Both the position numbers and the translations under genes were made by a program. The notes under the pieces are model-generated. The model did not search any database. It was given only the letters and a program-made list of their open reading frames with translations, and had not been told where the DNA came from. This document shows, piece by piece, positions 45,955 to 55,899 of a stretch of 64,000 bases of DNA (within the stretch, counting starts at the first letter, position 1; every line of letters starts with the position of its first letter). This DNA is from Nitrospirota bacterium (GTDB lineage Bacteria; Nitrospirota; UBA9217), in contig CAWIYV010000007.1 in the NCBI GenBank assembly GCA_963840455.1, forward strand, positions 32,001-96,000, in the 5' to 3' direction.

Positions 45955-46931
45955 GTCTTCTGCTCCGGCTTGATAAATTCGAGCATGACCACTCCTTCAC
46001 CTGGAAGTTCGTCTATAGAGGAGAATGGCCGATATTCGATAGCCATCATGTAGGGTTCGCGCCAGAAAGGATAGAGAGGACCAAGGAGGCGTTTCATGGC
46101 AGCATTTCTAAAAAAGAAACCGTTCCTTTTTTCGCCGTAGATCGCGATACGGGCGGGCATACCGGTTACACTGTAGATAGATGATTTTAAACGTTCACTA
46201 TCATAATAACGCTGCCAGAACGTATAACCATCATCTCCTGGTTTGAGCACGCCATACTGATTATGGCTGATGTACTGTTCAAGCGGTTGAGACATGCAGG
46301 GGAGCGTTAGAACAAGTTTTCCGCCGGGACGAAGAAGCGGCCACATGGTTTCAAGAGCAGCCTTGTCGTCAGGTATATGCTCAAGAACGGACAGACAGGT
46401 TATGAGATCAAATGAAGATTCAGGAAAACCGGCATTGTCAAGGATGTCATTAAGAAACTCGCAGCGAGATTTCAGTCCAAGTGCGTTTGCTAACTGCTCT
46501 GTCTCTTGCAGGTCACTGCGGTCTGGATTAATGATTTCAGCGGTTGCTGCCGACGTTGCCTTCAAGAGAAAGAGCGGCATGAGTCTTGGGGAAGAGACAT
46601 CTAAGTAGCGTGTAAAGGTAAAAGAATTCACGCTTTTCCAAACCTCGTGGAACTCAAAATAACGAGTAGAGTCCATGGGAAAGAAAAGAAGTCCGTAGCA
46701 TGTTCCCAGTGAAGCGCGGCCAGTAAACAACAAACGAGCACCGGTGGCCATGCAGCGCAGATGAAAGCCGATCCCCGGCGCTCCTGCAACGCGGGCCATT
46801 ACAAGATAGAGAGGCGACAGCACAATTCCCTTGAGGTGCATCCACACATTACGAAGGACACCGCGCGACATGGGAAGGGGGACTTCAATGAATTGTTTTC
46901 GTACACTCGGGTTATTTGAGGTCTCGTTCAT
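45951..46931 (-). CDS. Class I SAM methyltransferase
   Basis: YLDVSSP, FDLITCLSVLEH, LRPGG. Confidence 0.8.
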   Translation of the reverse strand: MNETSNNPSVRKQFIEVPLPMSRGVLRNVWMHLKGIVLSPLYLVMARVAGAPGIGFHLRCMATGARLLFTGRASLGTCYGLLFFPMDSTRYFEFHEVWKSVNSFTFTRYLDVSSPRLMPLFLLKATSAATAEIINPDRSDLQETEQLANALGLKSRCEFLNDILDNAGFPESSFDLITCLSVLEHIPDDKAALETMWPLLRPGGKLVLTLPCMSQPLEQYISHNQYGVLKPGDDGYTFWQRYYDSERLKSSIYSVTGMPARIAIYGEKRNGFFFRNAAMKRLLGPLYPFWREPYMMAIEYRPFSSIDELPGEGVVMLEFIKPEQKT

Positions 46932-46971
46932 GTAGGTTTTCAGTAAACGTCAGCTCTCTCGGTTCGCGCAA

Positions 46972-48210
46972 TTACACTATCTCAATTTCCGGGAACGGAA
47001 ATATCATCTTCCCGCCGCTTGCCAAGTAATCCTTCTCCCGCCGGAGGATCCCGTCCTTGAAATGCCAAGGGAGCACGAAGAAATAATCCGGTTTCATGGC
47101 TCGCGCCTCCTGCTCCGGAATGATCGGAATATGCGTCCCCGGCGTGAAGCAGCCGAATTTATCAGGATTGACATCGGCGATCGCGAGAACGTCCTTGTTC
47201 GTGAGGCCGCAGAACTGAAGAACGACATTCCCTTTTGTAGAGGCGCCGTAGCCGAGGATCTTTTTGCCGTCCGCGGTCAACGCCCTGACCAACCGGGTGA
47301 GATCATCCCGATGGCGGAAGACGCGCTCTTCGAAATCACGGTAGGGGCGGGGCGTGCTCAGTCCCATCCGGTCTTCCTGCTCAAGCAGCCAGTCGATGAC
47401 CGCACTATTCTGCGTAATGCTTCGATTCCCGGCCTTTACTGCGGTCACGGCAAAACTGCCTCCATTGATCGCGTTCATCACGACGTCCACGATCTTCAGC
47501 CCGGCTTTCTCGAGGATATTCTTAACCACGCCAAGCGAATAGTACTCGAGGTGTTCATGGCATATCGTATCATAGGAGTTCATGCGGAGCATGGAAGGCA
47601 TATAGCTCTGCTCGAAGTGCCAGATCCCGTCGTCGGCAAGGATCGACTCGATCTGTTTCGCAAAGTCGACCGGCGAGTCGAGGTCGTAGAACATCGCGAT
47701 GGACGTGACGATGCGCGCAGGCTGGGATTCGACGGAACGATAGGCGGCGGCCGAAAAGAAGTCGGGAATGAGCTTGATCTCGTCGGTATAGTATTGGGTA
47801 AACTTCTTTCCCGTTGGATCAATGCCGATCCTCTTGATCCCTGCTGCTGAATAGGCCTTCAGCGTGGTGGCGTCGTTGCTTCCTATATCAAGCACGCTGT
47901 CGCCCGGTTTCAGGGTCACCATGCGCTCGAGATACCGGACTTTTTCCGTGAGATGGTTCACCATCGATTGATTGAGCCCGGAACGGTAGCCGTAATTCTC
48001 GCCGTACATTTCGCTGGATTCATAGGTGTGCCTGAGCTGGAGCAGCCCGCCGTCAGGACACCAGACGAGCTCAAGGGGCCCGGAAGTGATCTGGTCGGAT
48101 GTCCTCTTCGGAAATACCCCCGTCAAGACCTGATGGCCCAGGTTCAGCACCGACACCAGGTTATTACTTCCACTTATGCGGCATTGTTTGATCTCTTTGT
48201 ATGCAGTCAT
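46972..48210 (-). CDS. NDP-hexose C-methyltransferase-like protein
   Basis: YGYRSG, LDIGSNDAT, YDTICHEHLEYYS, YGASTKG, PGTHIPI, LPWHF. Confidence 0.88.
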   Translation of the reverse strand: MTAYKEIKQCRISGSNNLVSVLNLGHQVLTGVFPKRTSDQITSGPLELVWCPDGGLLQLRHTYESSEMYGENYGYRSGLNQSMVNHLTEKVRYLERMVTLKPGDSVLDIGSNDATTLKAYSAAGIKRIGIDPTGKKFTQYYTDEIKLIPDFFSAAAYRSVESQPARIVTSIAMFYDLDSPVDFAKQIESILADDGIWHFEQSYMPSMLRMNSYDTICHEHLEYYSLGVVKNILEKAGLKIVDVVMNAINGGSFAVTAVKAGNRSITQNSAVIDWLLEQEDRMGLSTPRPYRDFEERVFRHRDDLTRLVRALTADGKKILGYGASTKGNVVLQFCGLTNKDVLAIADVNPDKFGCFTPGTHIPIIPEQEARAMKPDYFFVLPWHFKDGILRREKDYLASGGKMIFPFPEIEIV

Positions 48211-48544
48211 GGATATTTTCCCTATCAAAGAAAGAATTAAGCGCCAGCGTTGTTACCAGTATCATTATGGCCTAATGTACTGGTAATGTATTATGAAACT
48301 ACTTTGGAATAAACAAGTAGTTAAAGTTATTTGGAATTGAATGTTTTCTGGCGACCCAGCTTTTTATATCGCCGGGAGTTACCAGAGTGAATTCTTTATT
48401 CGCCAGTCTTACCTCATAACCATGCTTCCAAACAGATCAAAAGTAGCTTCATAATGAGGGTTCATCGCGCCAGGATGAAACTCGTCCAAGCATATCTGTA
48501 TCAACCATGTGGGGCGTAAAGACATACAAACTTAAATTAAAAGG

Positions 48545-49492
48545 TCAATCCTGCTTCACTGAAGGAAGGACTATTCTGTTTAGTATAAATACTAACAACT
48601 GTGGAGCCGTAAAATGCCTAAATTTGTTGTTAATCTTAAAACAATTAAAAACATAATGTTCAATTTTGAATGCAATAACTGTCATCTTAAATTTAATTAA
48701 TATTTTTGATGCAACTGTTACTATCTTCGTTTGATTAATCTTGCTTGAAATATTTCGAATAAGGTAATTATTTTCATATTTATTTGGCAAGACTTCGATA
48801 AGCTTATATCCAACCAACTGCATAAGTTCTACATATAACGAGGCAGAATATGGCCATTCATATTGCCCATATTTGATAACGTGTGCATGATCCCGTAAGG
48901 CGGAATAGAATTCTTCCGCTGAGTTGGCAAAATACTCATCGAACATTAACCACTTCCCATCGCCACACATTTTACATCTAATCTCTGCCGCAACTTTGCT
49001 TACATTTTCAAAATGATGGACACACGCCTTTGTGATTATGAGATCATACAATTCGTCAGACTCATACCACTCATCTAAATCATTCCAAACATGGACGCCA
49101 TATTTATGAGCTGAATTAGAAATAAATCCAGTACCTGTTATCCATTCATTATTTGGTTCCAGGATGCTAATGTTCTTAAATCCAGACTTCGCCAATGCTA
49201 CAGCAAGAAATCCAGGGCCTGCTCCAATTTCACATATTTTAGCGTTCCAATCATAACCAGCATGACGGGCTATCTCATTAAAGAGAATTTTAAACTCTTT
49301 GCTTGCGCAAAATCGCTGGAAACTTGCTTCACGATCTTTGTCTAAGTATAGTGCCTCCAACATATTTTTAATTTCTAGATTTGTTTTTGATAGTTCCGTC
49401 TCTTTTCTGATGGCCTCCTCTTTGAGAGCAGATGACTCTTTCATATTCCGCAATATCGATTTCCACAGTTTGATTCTGACTAATTCACTCAT
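48545..49492 (-). CDS. Class I SAM methyltransferase, AT-rich
   Basis: CEIGAGPG, YDLII..ACVHH. Confidence 0.75.
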   Translation of the reverse strand: MSELVRIKLWKSILRNMKESSALKEEAIRKETELSKTNLEIKNMLEALYLDKDREASFQRFCASKEFKILFNEIARHAGYDWNAKICEIGAGPGFLAVALAKSGFKNISILEPNNEWITGTGFISNSAHKYGVHVWNDLDEWYESDELYDLIITKACVHHFENVSKVAAEIRCKMCGDGKWLMFDEYFANSAEEFYSALRDHAHVIKYGQYEWPYSASLYVELMQLVGYKLIEVLPNKYENNYLIRNISSKINQTKIVTVASKILIKFKMTVIAFKIEHYVFNCFKINNKFRHFTAPQLLVFILNRIVLPSVKQD

Positions 49493-49602
49493 ATGAATTC
49501 CTTATAATATCATTTAGTTGACTCAAGACCAGAATAGACATCTTCCTGTTTGGTCAGTCACTGTTTGACTCCTCAGAGAAAATATTTGTAGTTTTATTAT
49601 GT

Positions 49603-51117
49603 CTATACGCTGCCATATCTCATTCTTGATAGCTGGATTATCAGCCATGATTTCATATGTGGTGCCGTACAAGCGGCAGCCGCAAGTGCCCCGATCAATA
49701 GGGCCGACAGAATTATAATCGATTTTATGGCCGGCATTGGGCTTGTACACAGTACTCGCCCTACCCCGACAACAATGAGCACGGTAGCTGCAGGTGGGAT
49801 GGTGTCTCTTCGAAACCATATCCATGCTTCACCTTTTAGTAAACGACGATGAGTAAGCGGCACTCCAAGCAATAGATTTATGATGTTCAGCACGACCCAC
49901 ACAGCGGCTGCTCCTAACGCACCGAAACGTATAGTCATAAAAATAATCGCGGGAACAAGCGAAATAATTAAAAAGATAGTTATTTTTAAGCTAAGGCTAG
50001 TCCATCCACAGGCTAATTGCAATGCATATGGCACAGTCATCAAGCCATTCAAAGCCATACCGATTACTAGCAGGCTGACTATAGGAGAGGCAATTCTGGC
50101 TGTTTCTTCGCTACCCGTCCATAAAAATAGGATATCAAAAGAAAAGAATACCAGAATAGCAGCAACCGGCAAAACAAGCACTGCCATGAGTTGGGATCCT
50201 TGATGATATAAAAGTTTTAGAGCCGTTTCATCGCTCATAGCTCCGAGCGACGTGAAGCGCGGAAACAGTGCGTTGAATATCGGGCCGACCAGCATAAAGG
50301 GGATAATATTGCTTGCCACACCCGCAAGCGTATAAAAACCGAACATTTCGAGACTGAGCAGCTTGCTTAGGATCACTTTATCTAGCTGAGTCAGGATAAT
50401 TGCGGAGATTGCTATGCCGCCCATGCCAGCGGCAAAGCGCCAGATGTTGCGCATTAGATTAGGGTTATAAACTGGTGTGCGATTGGAAGGCGGCAGACTA
50501 TGCCAGAGTGCTGTTGTAAAGGAGATAAGCGTAAGAGCGCTTATGAATATTTGCCATGTGAAAAAAGCGGTTATCGTTGGAGAAACTTTCCAGAGAATCA
50601 ATACTGCTCCAAAACTGCTGATCGAGGAAAGGCCAATCTTGAGACCGTTAATTAGCACCTGTTTCTGCAAGCCCATGAGGCCACCGTCATAAAAACTGAG
50701 CGGCCATTGAATGGCGGATACGATACCCATGATCATCACGGCGTGCTGCACCGTTTTAACATGTATTGAACCGGGCTTGATCCAGTGCCCGGCAATGAAC
50801 GGTGCGGCGATCACTACCCCGATACCGATAACGATCCCGATTGCCCAGTACCCGATTTCCAGCGTTCTCACAAAGTCACGTGCCTCGCCTGCCTTCTCTG
50901 GTAAAGCAGCATAGCGGGCCATTTCCCGATTCATAGTCTGGCTCAGGCCGAGATCAAGTATCTGAAACGCGCCCTGAAGCATGGCAAAAAAACCGATCAA
51001 TCCGTACGCTTCGATACCAAGAAACTTGATATAGATCGGAACAAAAGCCAGGCCCATTAAGGCCGCCCAGCCCTGACCGGCGAAATTGGCGATGATATTT
51101 CGTTTAACGATGCTCAA
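49603..51117 (-). CDS. wzx: Wzx-type polysaccharide flippase
   Basis: Multiple TMs, LG.EAYGLIG, LDLGL, QLDKVILSKLL. Confidence 0.85.
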   Translation of the reverse strand: MSIVKRNIIANFAGQGWAALMGLAFVPIYIKFLGIEAYGLIGFFAMLQGAFQILDLGLSQTMNREMARYAALPEKAGEARDFVRTLEIGYWAIGIVIGIGVVIAAPFIAGHWIKPGSIHVKTVQHAVMIMGIVSAIQWPLSFYDGGLMGLQKQVLINGLKIGLSSISSFGAVLILWKVSPTITAFFTWQIFISALTLISFTTALWHSLPPSNRTPVYNPNLMRNIWRFAAGMGGIAISAIILTQLDKVILSKLLSLEMFGFYTLAGVASNIIPFMLVGPIFNALFPRFTSLGAMSDETALKLLYHQGSQLMAVLVLPVAAILVFFSFDILFLWTGSEETARIASPIVSLLVIGMALNGLMTVPYALQLACGWTSLSLKITIFLIISLVPAIIFMTIRFGALGAAAVWVVLNIINLLLGVPLTHRRLLKGEAWIWFRRDTIPPAATVLIVVGVGRVLCTSPMPAIKSIIILSALLIGALAAAACTAPHMKSWLIIQLSRMRYGSV

Positions 51118-51132
51118 TGTGATGCGTGGTCC

Positions 51133-51756
51133 TTATCGCCGGGTCGCGAAGATCTCCCGGATGTTCTTATCCGCTATTCCGTGGTCGAGCAGCGCACGGT
51201 GCAGTGATTCCCGCATCAGATACGAGGTGATGACGATGCTGTCATATTCCATGTTGTCCAAGCCGGTGATGGGCTGTATTTTCCTGCCGAAGAATACTTC
51301 CTCGGCCCTGTCGGGATCCACAACACCAGCAAGATCAAGCTTCGTGTCCTGCAGCGTGATGTAAGCGAACTCTGCCACCTCGTCGGCGCCAGCAAAGACG
51401 ATGCGTTTTGCTCCGGATCGTTCGAGCTCTAAGAAGAGCTGACGGTAGTTGTTCTTGGCCTCGCGATATATGCGGGTATAGTCCTGCAGGAGATCGTAGG
51501 CGAGGCGTGATTTTTCCGCGAATCCTTTCGGGGTCAGGTAATAGGCATAACGCTTGGTGGGAATGTTCCTGACGGTGATGTATCCCTTGGCCACGAGGTT
51601 CTTGATGTAGGAGTTCACGAGGCCGAGGGCGATGCCCATTCGCTTGCTCAGGTCGCGCTGCGTCAGGGCGTCATTGTTCGAGAGTTCATCAAGGATCTGG
51701 AGGTCCCGATAACGCCCTGTTTCCGATGGGGGAGGACTGGCTAATTCTTTGTTCAT
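51133..51756 (-). CDS. EPS-locus MarR/wHTH regulator with C-terminal Rossmann-like domain
   Basis: TQRDLSKRMGIALGLVN, YAYYLTPKGFAEKSRL, VFAGADEVAE. Confidence 0.85.
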   Translation of the reverse strand: MNKELASPPPSETGRYRDLQILDELSNNDALTQRDLSKRMGIALGLVNSYIKNLVAKGYITVRNIPTKRYAYYLTPKGFAEKSRLAYDLLQDYTRIYREAKNNYRQLFLELERSGAKRIVFAGADEVAEFAYITLQDTKLDLAGVVDPDRAEEVFFGRKIQPITGLDNMEYDSIVITSYLMRESLHRALLDHGIADKNIREIFATRR

Positions 51757-51828
51757 AATGTGAACGATACCACTGGAATTTTGTTATGTCAAGGAAATTA
51801 ATGACTTTTTCATGTTCATAATATGAAA
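51751..51828 (-). promoter_or_regulatory. Leaderless promoter with two GTTCA-N5-TGAA(C) operators
   Basis: TTGACA(51792-51787)-N17-TATCGT, 7 nt before the ATG; GTTCATAATGTGAAC at 51751 and GTTCATAATATGAAA at 51814. Confidence 0.65.
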
Positions 51829-52100
51829 CTGGACGGAAATATAGAAGTTCTAGTTGGGAATCGATCGCCCTCATCTCATGCAATGAGGTAGAAATGCAAT
51901 GCTTCAAATTTAAGTCAGTTGAGGCGAGCCGGAGAGCGGACAGATGAGGGCAGAGCGGCGCTATGTTCAGTGCCAATGAGGAAAGATCAGATGTCCCGCT
52001 GTAGTGTTTAAGACTCAGGAATCTTCTTTACTCTTTCCCATACCGATGCTATGATTCCCTGATCAGTGAGGCGAAATCCCATGAATGTCAGGAACCATTG

Positions 52101-53054
52101 ATGGAACCGAAGATCTGTCTGGCATTGGGGGGCGGCGCGGCACGGGGCCTGGCGCATCTCGGCGTGCTCAAGGTCTTCGAGGACGCGAAGCTCCCGGTCG
52201 ACATGATCGCCGGAACGAGCCTCGGGGCGCTCATGGGCGGGCTCTACGCATCAAATCCCGATGCCGAATACTGGATCGGCAGGGTGGACCAGTACCTCCG
52301 GAGCTTTCGTTCCCGCAAGACCCGCCTGGAGTTCATCCGGCGCCTGGAACAGCCGAGCAACGATCACGGGTTCTTCGCTGATATGGCGAACCTCATCCGC
52401 AAGGGTTATTTCTGGGGCGTTACGGCAACCAAACCTGCCTTCATATCCGAGGAGGAGTATCAGGAATTCCTGAACCCCCTGATCCCCGATATCAACATCG
52501 AACAGACGAAGATACCCTTCGCGTGTGTTGCCACGGACATCCGGAACGGCAAACGCGTCGTATATGCGAGCGGGCCGCTCCGGACAGCGGTCCGGGCAAG
52601 CTGCGCTCTGCCGGGCATCTTTCCGCCGGTCAAGGACGGCGACATGCTGCTGGTGGATGGGGGATGGGTGGAGCGGGTCCCGGTGATCTGCGCACAGAAC
52701 ATGGGCGCTGACGTGGTGATCGCCGTGGATGTCTCGAGCGAGATCGGGAAGTTCGAGGACACCTCGGGGCTCGACATCGTGCTCAGGGCCGACGCGGTCA
52801 CGCGGGTGTTCCTGAACGAGCTGCTGCTCGACGAGGCCGATGTGTCGATCCACCCGGATGTTGGCGGTGTCCACTGGGCGGATTTCAGTGATCCCCGCGA
52901 ACTTATCCGGCAGGGGGAGCTTGCCACGCTCGAACGCATGGTGGCCATCCGGAGCGCTATCCACCGCGCCGTGGTGCCGCAACGGAAGCTCGTGGACCAG
53001 ATCAAGGTCATCAAGGACATCATTCTCGAGAAGGTCGTGGGACCGAAATCCTAG
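52101..53054 (+). CDS. Patatin-like phospholipase
   Basis: GGGAARG, GTSLG (Ser), DGG. Confidence 0.92.
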   Translation: MEPKICLALGGGAARGLAHLGVLKVFEDAKLPVDMIAGTSLGALMGGLYASNPDAEYWIGRVDQYLRSFRSRKTRLEFIRRLEQPSNDHGFFADMANLIRKGYFWGVTATKPAFISEEEYQEFLNPLIPDINIEQTKIPFACVATDIRNGKRVVYASGPLRTAVRASCALPGIFPPVKDGDMLLVDGGWVERVPVICAQNMGADVVIAVDVSSEIGKFEDTSGLDIVLRADAVTRVFLNELLLDEADVSIHPDVGGVHWADFSDPRELIRQGELATLERMVAIRSAIHRAVVPQRKLVDQIKVIKDIILEKVVGPKS

Positions 53055-53287
53055 TCGAGAGGCTGTCGAAATGCAGTCGTGAATCAGTCGAGCGGCAGTC
53101 AAAGGGCAGCCAGGAAACCAGGCAGAGATAATATTTATTACTGAAGACCACATTTCGACAACCCTGTTTAAAGGTTTTCGACTGCATCTCGACTGCTTAG
53201 TGAAGGCTTTATGACTGCTCTACGACTGCTCCATGACTGACGTTTGACTGCATGATGACTGCTTCCTGACCGCTGTTCGACCACCCT
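53052..53287. repeat. 11-bp-period inverted repeat arrays (CAGTC(G) x6 / (C)GACTG x10)
   Basis: cagtcgtgaat cagtcgagcgg cagtcaaaggg ... tcgactgcatc tcgactgctta .. atgactgctct acgactgctcc. Confidence 0.85.
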
Positions 53288-53288
53288 T

Positions 53289-53984
53289 ATGAACAAACCC
53301 CTCGTCATCGCCCACCGGGGAGATTCCTCCCGCGCCCTGGAAAACTCACTGGATGCGTTCCGTCTTGCATTGTCCATCCCCGTTGACATGATCGAGTTCG
53401 ACCTCCGGAAGAGCCGCGACAATGTCCTCTATGTGATGCACGATAAGGAAACGGGCAGGACCGCTGATGGCAGCCTGGATATCGAGAAGGCAGTGTCGGA
53501 TGATATCTCCCGGCTCAGGCTCAAGAACGGTGAAGCGATACCGACGCTGAACGATGTGCTCATCCTTGTCGATGGAAAGGTCGGATTGAACATCGAGATC
53601 AAGAGCAAGGGCGCCGGGGCCTTGACCGCGGCCCATCTGGTCGGATCAGGATACCGGGGCAAGGTGCTTATCTCATCCTTCAAGGAGGAAGAGGTCATCG
53701 GAGCAAGACGGGTGATGCCGGATGTTCCCGTGGCCGGGATCTTTGACACCTTCATTCCAGCGGAAGTAGGCGTGTACAAGGCAAAGGGTTACCATTTCAT
53801 AAGTCTGAACAGGAAGACCGTCACCCGGGAACTGGTGGATCTCTGCCATAAACAAAACATCGCAATGTACGTCTGGACCATTGATGACAAGAAGGAAATG
53901 GAAAAGCTCATTTCCTGGGGGGTTGACGGGCTGTACACCAATAAACCGGATTTGCTCTGCAGCATAGTGGGAAATATAAGTTAA
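53289..53984 (+). CDS. glpQ: Glycerophosphodiester phosphodiesterase
   Basis: IAHRG, ENS, IEFD, MHD, NIEIK, WTID, GVDGLYTN. Confidence 0.9.
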   Translation: MNKPLVIAHRGDSSRALENSLDAFRLALSIPVDMIEFDLRKSRDNVLYVMHDKETGRTADGSLDIEKAVSDDISRLRLKNGEAIPTLNDVLILVDGKVGLNIEIKSKGAGALTAAHLVGSGYRGKVLISSFKEEEVIGARRVMPDVPVAGIFDTFIPAEVGVYKAKGYHFISLNRKTVTRELVDLCHKQNIAMYVWTIDDKKEMEKLISWGVDGLYTNKPDLLCSIVGNIS

Positions 53985-54097
53985 TAATATGCTATTATTT
54001 GTTTATAAGTGGGGGATATAGTTTAATTTATTTCTATTTTATACATTTAAATGGTAATTGTGCTATATGTCCGCTGCAGGTTAGATGAGGGGAAAAA

Positions 54098-55681
54098 ATG
54101 GCATCCGATCAGGTCTTTGACATCATCGTCATCGGCGGAGGTATAACCGGCGCGGGAGTGGCGCGGGATGCCGCGCTTCGCGGGCTTTCGACGCTGCTTC
54201 TCGAGAAGCGCGATTATTCGTCGGGCGTGAGCTCGAAGACCACGCGCCTGGTGCACGGGGGGCTCAGATACCTGGCGAACTTCGAGGTCGATCTTGTGGC
54301 CGAGGCGCTCCGGGAGCGGGCGATCCTGCGCAAGCAGGCCCCGTACCTCATCACGCCCATGCCGATCCTGATCCCGATCTATAAGGGCGACCCGCACGGC
54401 AGGGCAACGATCTCCGTGGGGATCCACCTCTACGAGCTGCTTTCCCGCGAGAAGGACATCCCGCATTATTTCACCGCCGGAACAGACAGGACGCTCGTCA
54501 TGGAGCCGCGGCTGAACCAGGACGGTCTCAAGGGCAGCGCACTGTTCTACGACCACCAGATCATCCTGCCCGAGCGGCTGGTGATCGAGAACATCCTTTC
54601 CGCGCGGGACGCTCGTGCGAAGGTCCTGAACTACACGGCGGCGGAGAAGATCGCCGAGACGGGGGACGGCGTCGTCGTGACGGCCCGCGATACCCTGTCC
54701 AATGCTGCCATGACCTGTCGCGCCAAGGTTCTCGTCAATGCAAGCGGGCCCTGGGTGGATGACGTGCGCAAAGCCGGCGGCATCGACAGAAAAAAGATCA
54801 TTTGTCCCACCAAGGGCATCCATCTGATCATGCCGAAGCTATCCGAGCAGTCGCTCTTCATCGCCTCGAGGGACGGCAGGATGTTCTTTATCATACCCCT
54901 GGACAAGTGGTCGCTTATCGGGACAACGGACACGAAATATGACGGCGACCTCGACGAGGTGCATGCCGACGCGGCGGACGTTGACTATCTGCTGAACGAG
55001 AGCAGGCGCGTCCTGCCGGGTCTGAACCTGACGAAAGATAAGATCCTCTACACCTACGCTGGTGTCCGTCCTCTGGCCTTTGCCGGCGAACGGGAAAGCA
55101 GTATCTCGCGCAAGCACCGTGTCGTCGTCGAAGGGAGAACGGGCAGGATCATCACCATCGCGGGCGGCAAGTACACGACCTACCGGAACATGGCGGAGGA
55201 CGTCGTCGATGCCGCATGCCGGAAGCTCGGGAAAAGAGTCGCCTGCGAAACGGACCGGAAACCGCTTGCCGGGAGTCTTCCTGCGAGTCTGGACGAGTAC
55301 GTGAAGGAAGAAGTCCCTCAGCTGGCGAAACGGTTCAGTGTTGCTCCCGAGACCGTGCGCCATCTGGTCCACCTTTACGGCGCGCGCGCGGAGAAGGTCC
55401 TGCAGCTGGCGCACGATGACCCGCGTCTCGCAGAGGCCGTTTCCCCGGAGAGCAGGGACATCTACGCGCAGGTCCTGTATGGGATCCGGGAAGAGGGGGC
55501 CAAGACCATTTCCGATATTGTTCTCCGCAGGATGCACCTCGGCATCACCTCGTCGCGCGGTGGACCGCAGGCCGCGAAGATCGCGGAGACCGCGGGCAGA
55601 GAGCTTGGATGGAGCAATGACGAGAACAAGCACTGGGTGGAAAGATTCGCAGACGATCTGGCCAAGGAAAAGATGTTCTGA
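54098..55681 (+). CDS. glpD: FAD-dependent glycerol-3-phosphate dehydrogenase
   Basis: IGGGITG, SSKTTRLVHGGLRYL, NASGPW, IGTTD, AGVRPL, GGKYTTYR. Confidence 0.93.
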   Translation: MASDQVFDIIVIGGGITGAGVARDAALRGLSTLLLEKRDYSSGVSSKTTRLVHGGLRYLANFEVDLVAEALRERAILRKQAPYLITPMPILIPIYKGDPHGRATISVGIHLYELLSREKDIPHYFTAGTDRTLVMEPRLNQDGLKGSALFYDHQIILPERLVIENILSARDARAKVLNYTAAEKIAETGDGVVVTARDTLSNAAMTCRAKVLVNASGPWVDDVRKAGGIDRKKIICPTKGIHLIMPKLSEQSLFIASRDGRMFFIIPLDKWSLIGTTDTKYDGDLDEVHADAADVDYLLNESRRVLPGLNLTKDKILYTYAGVRPLAFAGERESSISRKHRVVVEGRTGRIITIAGGKYTTYRNMAEDVVDAACRKLGKRVACETDRKPLAGSLPASLDEYVKEEVPQLAKRFSVAPETVRHLVHLYGARAEKVLQLAHDDPRLAEAVSPESRDIYAQVLYGIREEGAKTISDIVLRRMHLGITSSRGGPQAAKIAETAGRELGWSNDENKHWVERFADDLAKEKMF

Positions 55682-55807
55682 TTACGGTTTTTGCCCCAAG
55701 TCGGAACAGGTATCTGCTCTCTACGCTACGAGCCATGCCGCAAAGCGATCGAGCGGTTAACCGCTCAATTTCTCGGCTGTTTTCCCCACTCCTTTCTTGA
55801 TTTTATA

Positions 55808-55836
55808 TTGACAAATGTTCCAAGGTGTTTTATTAT
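55808..55836 (+). promoter_or_regulatory. Sigma70 promoter of the aminotransferase-hom operon
   Basis: TTGACA-N17-TATTAT. Confidence 0.65.
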
Positions 55837-55899
55837 CAACTTCGTTCTTTTTCCGGGAAGCATCAAGCGTAATTATCTCTTTTGAAACAAGAGGATAGG

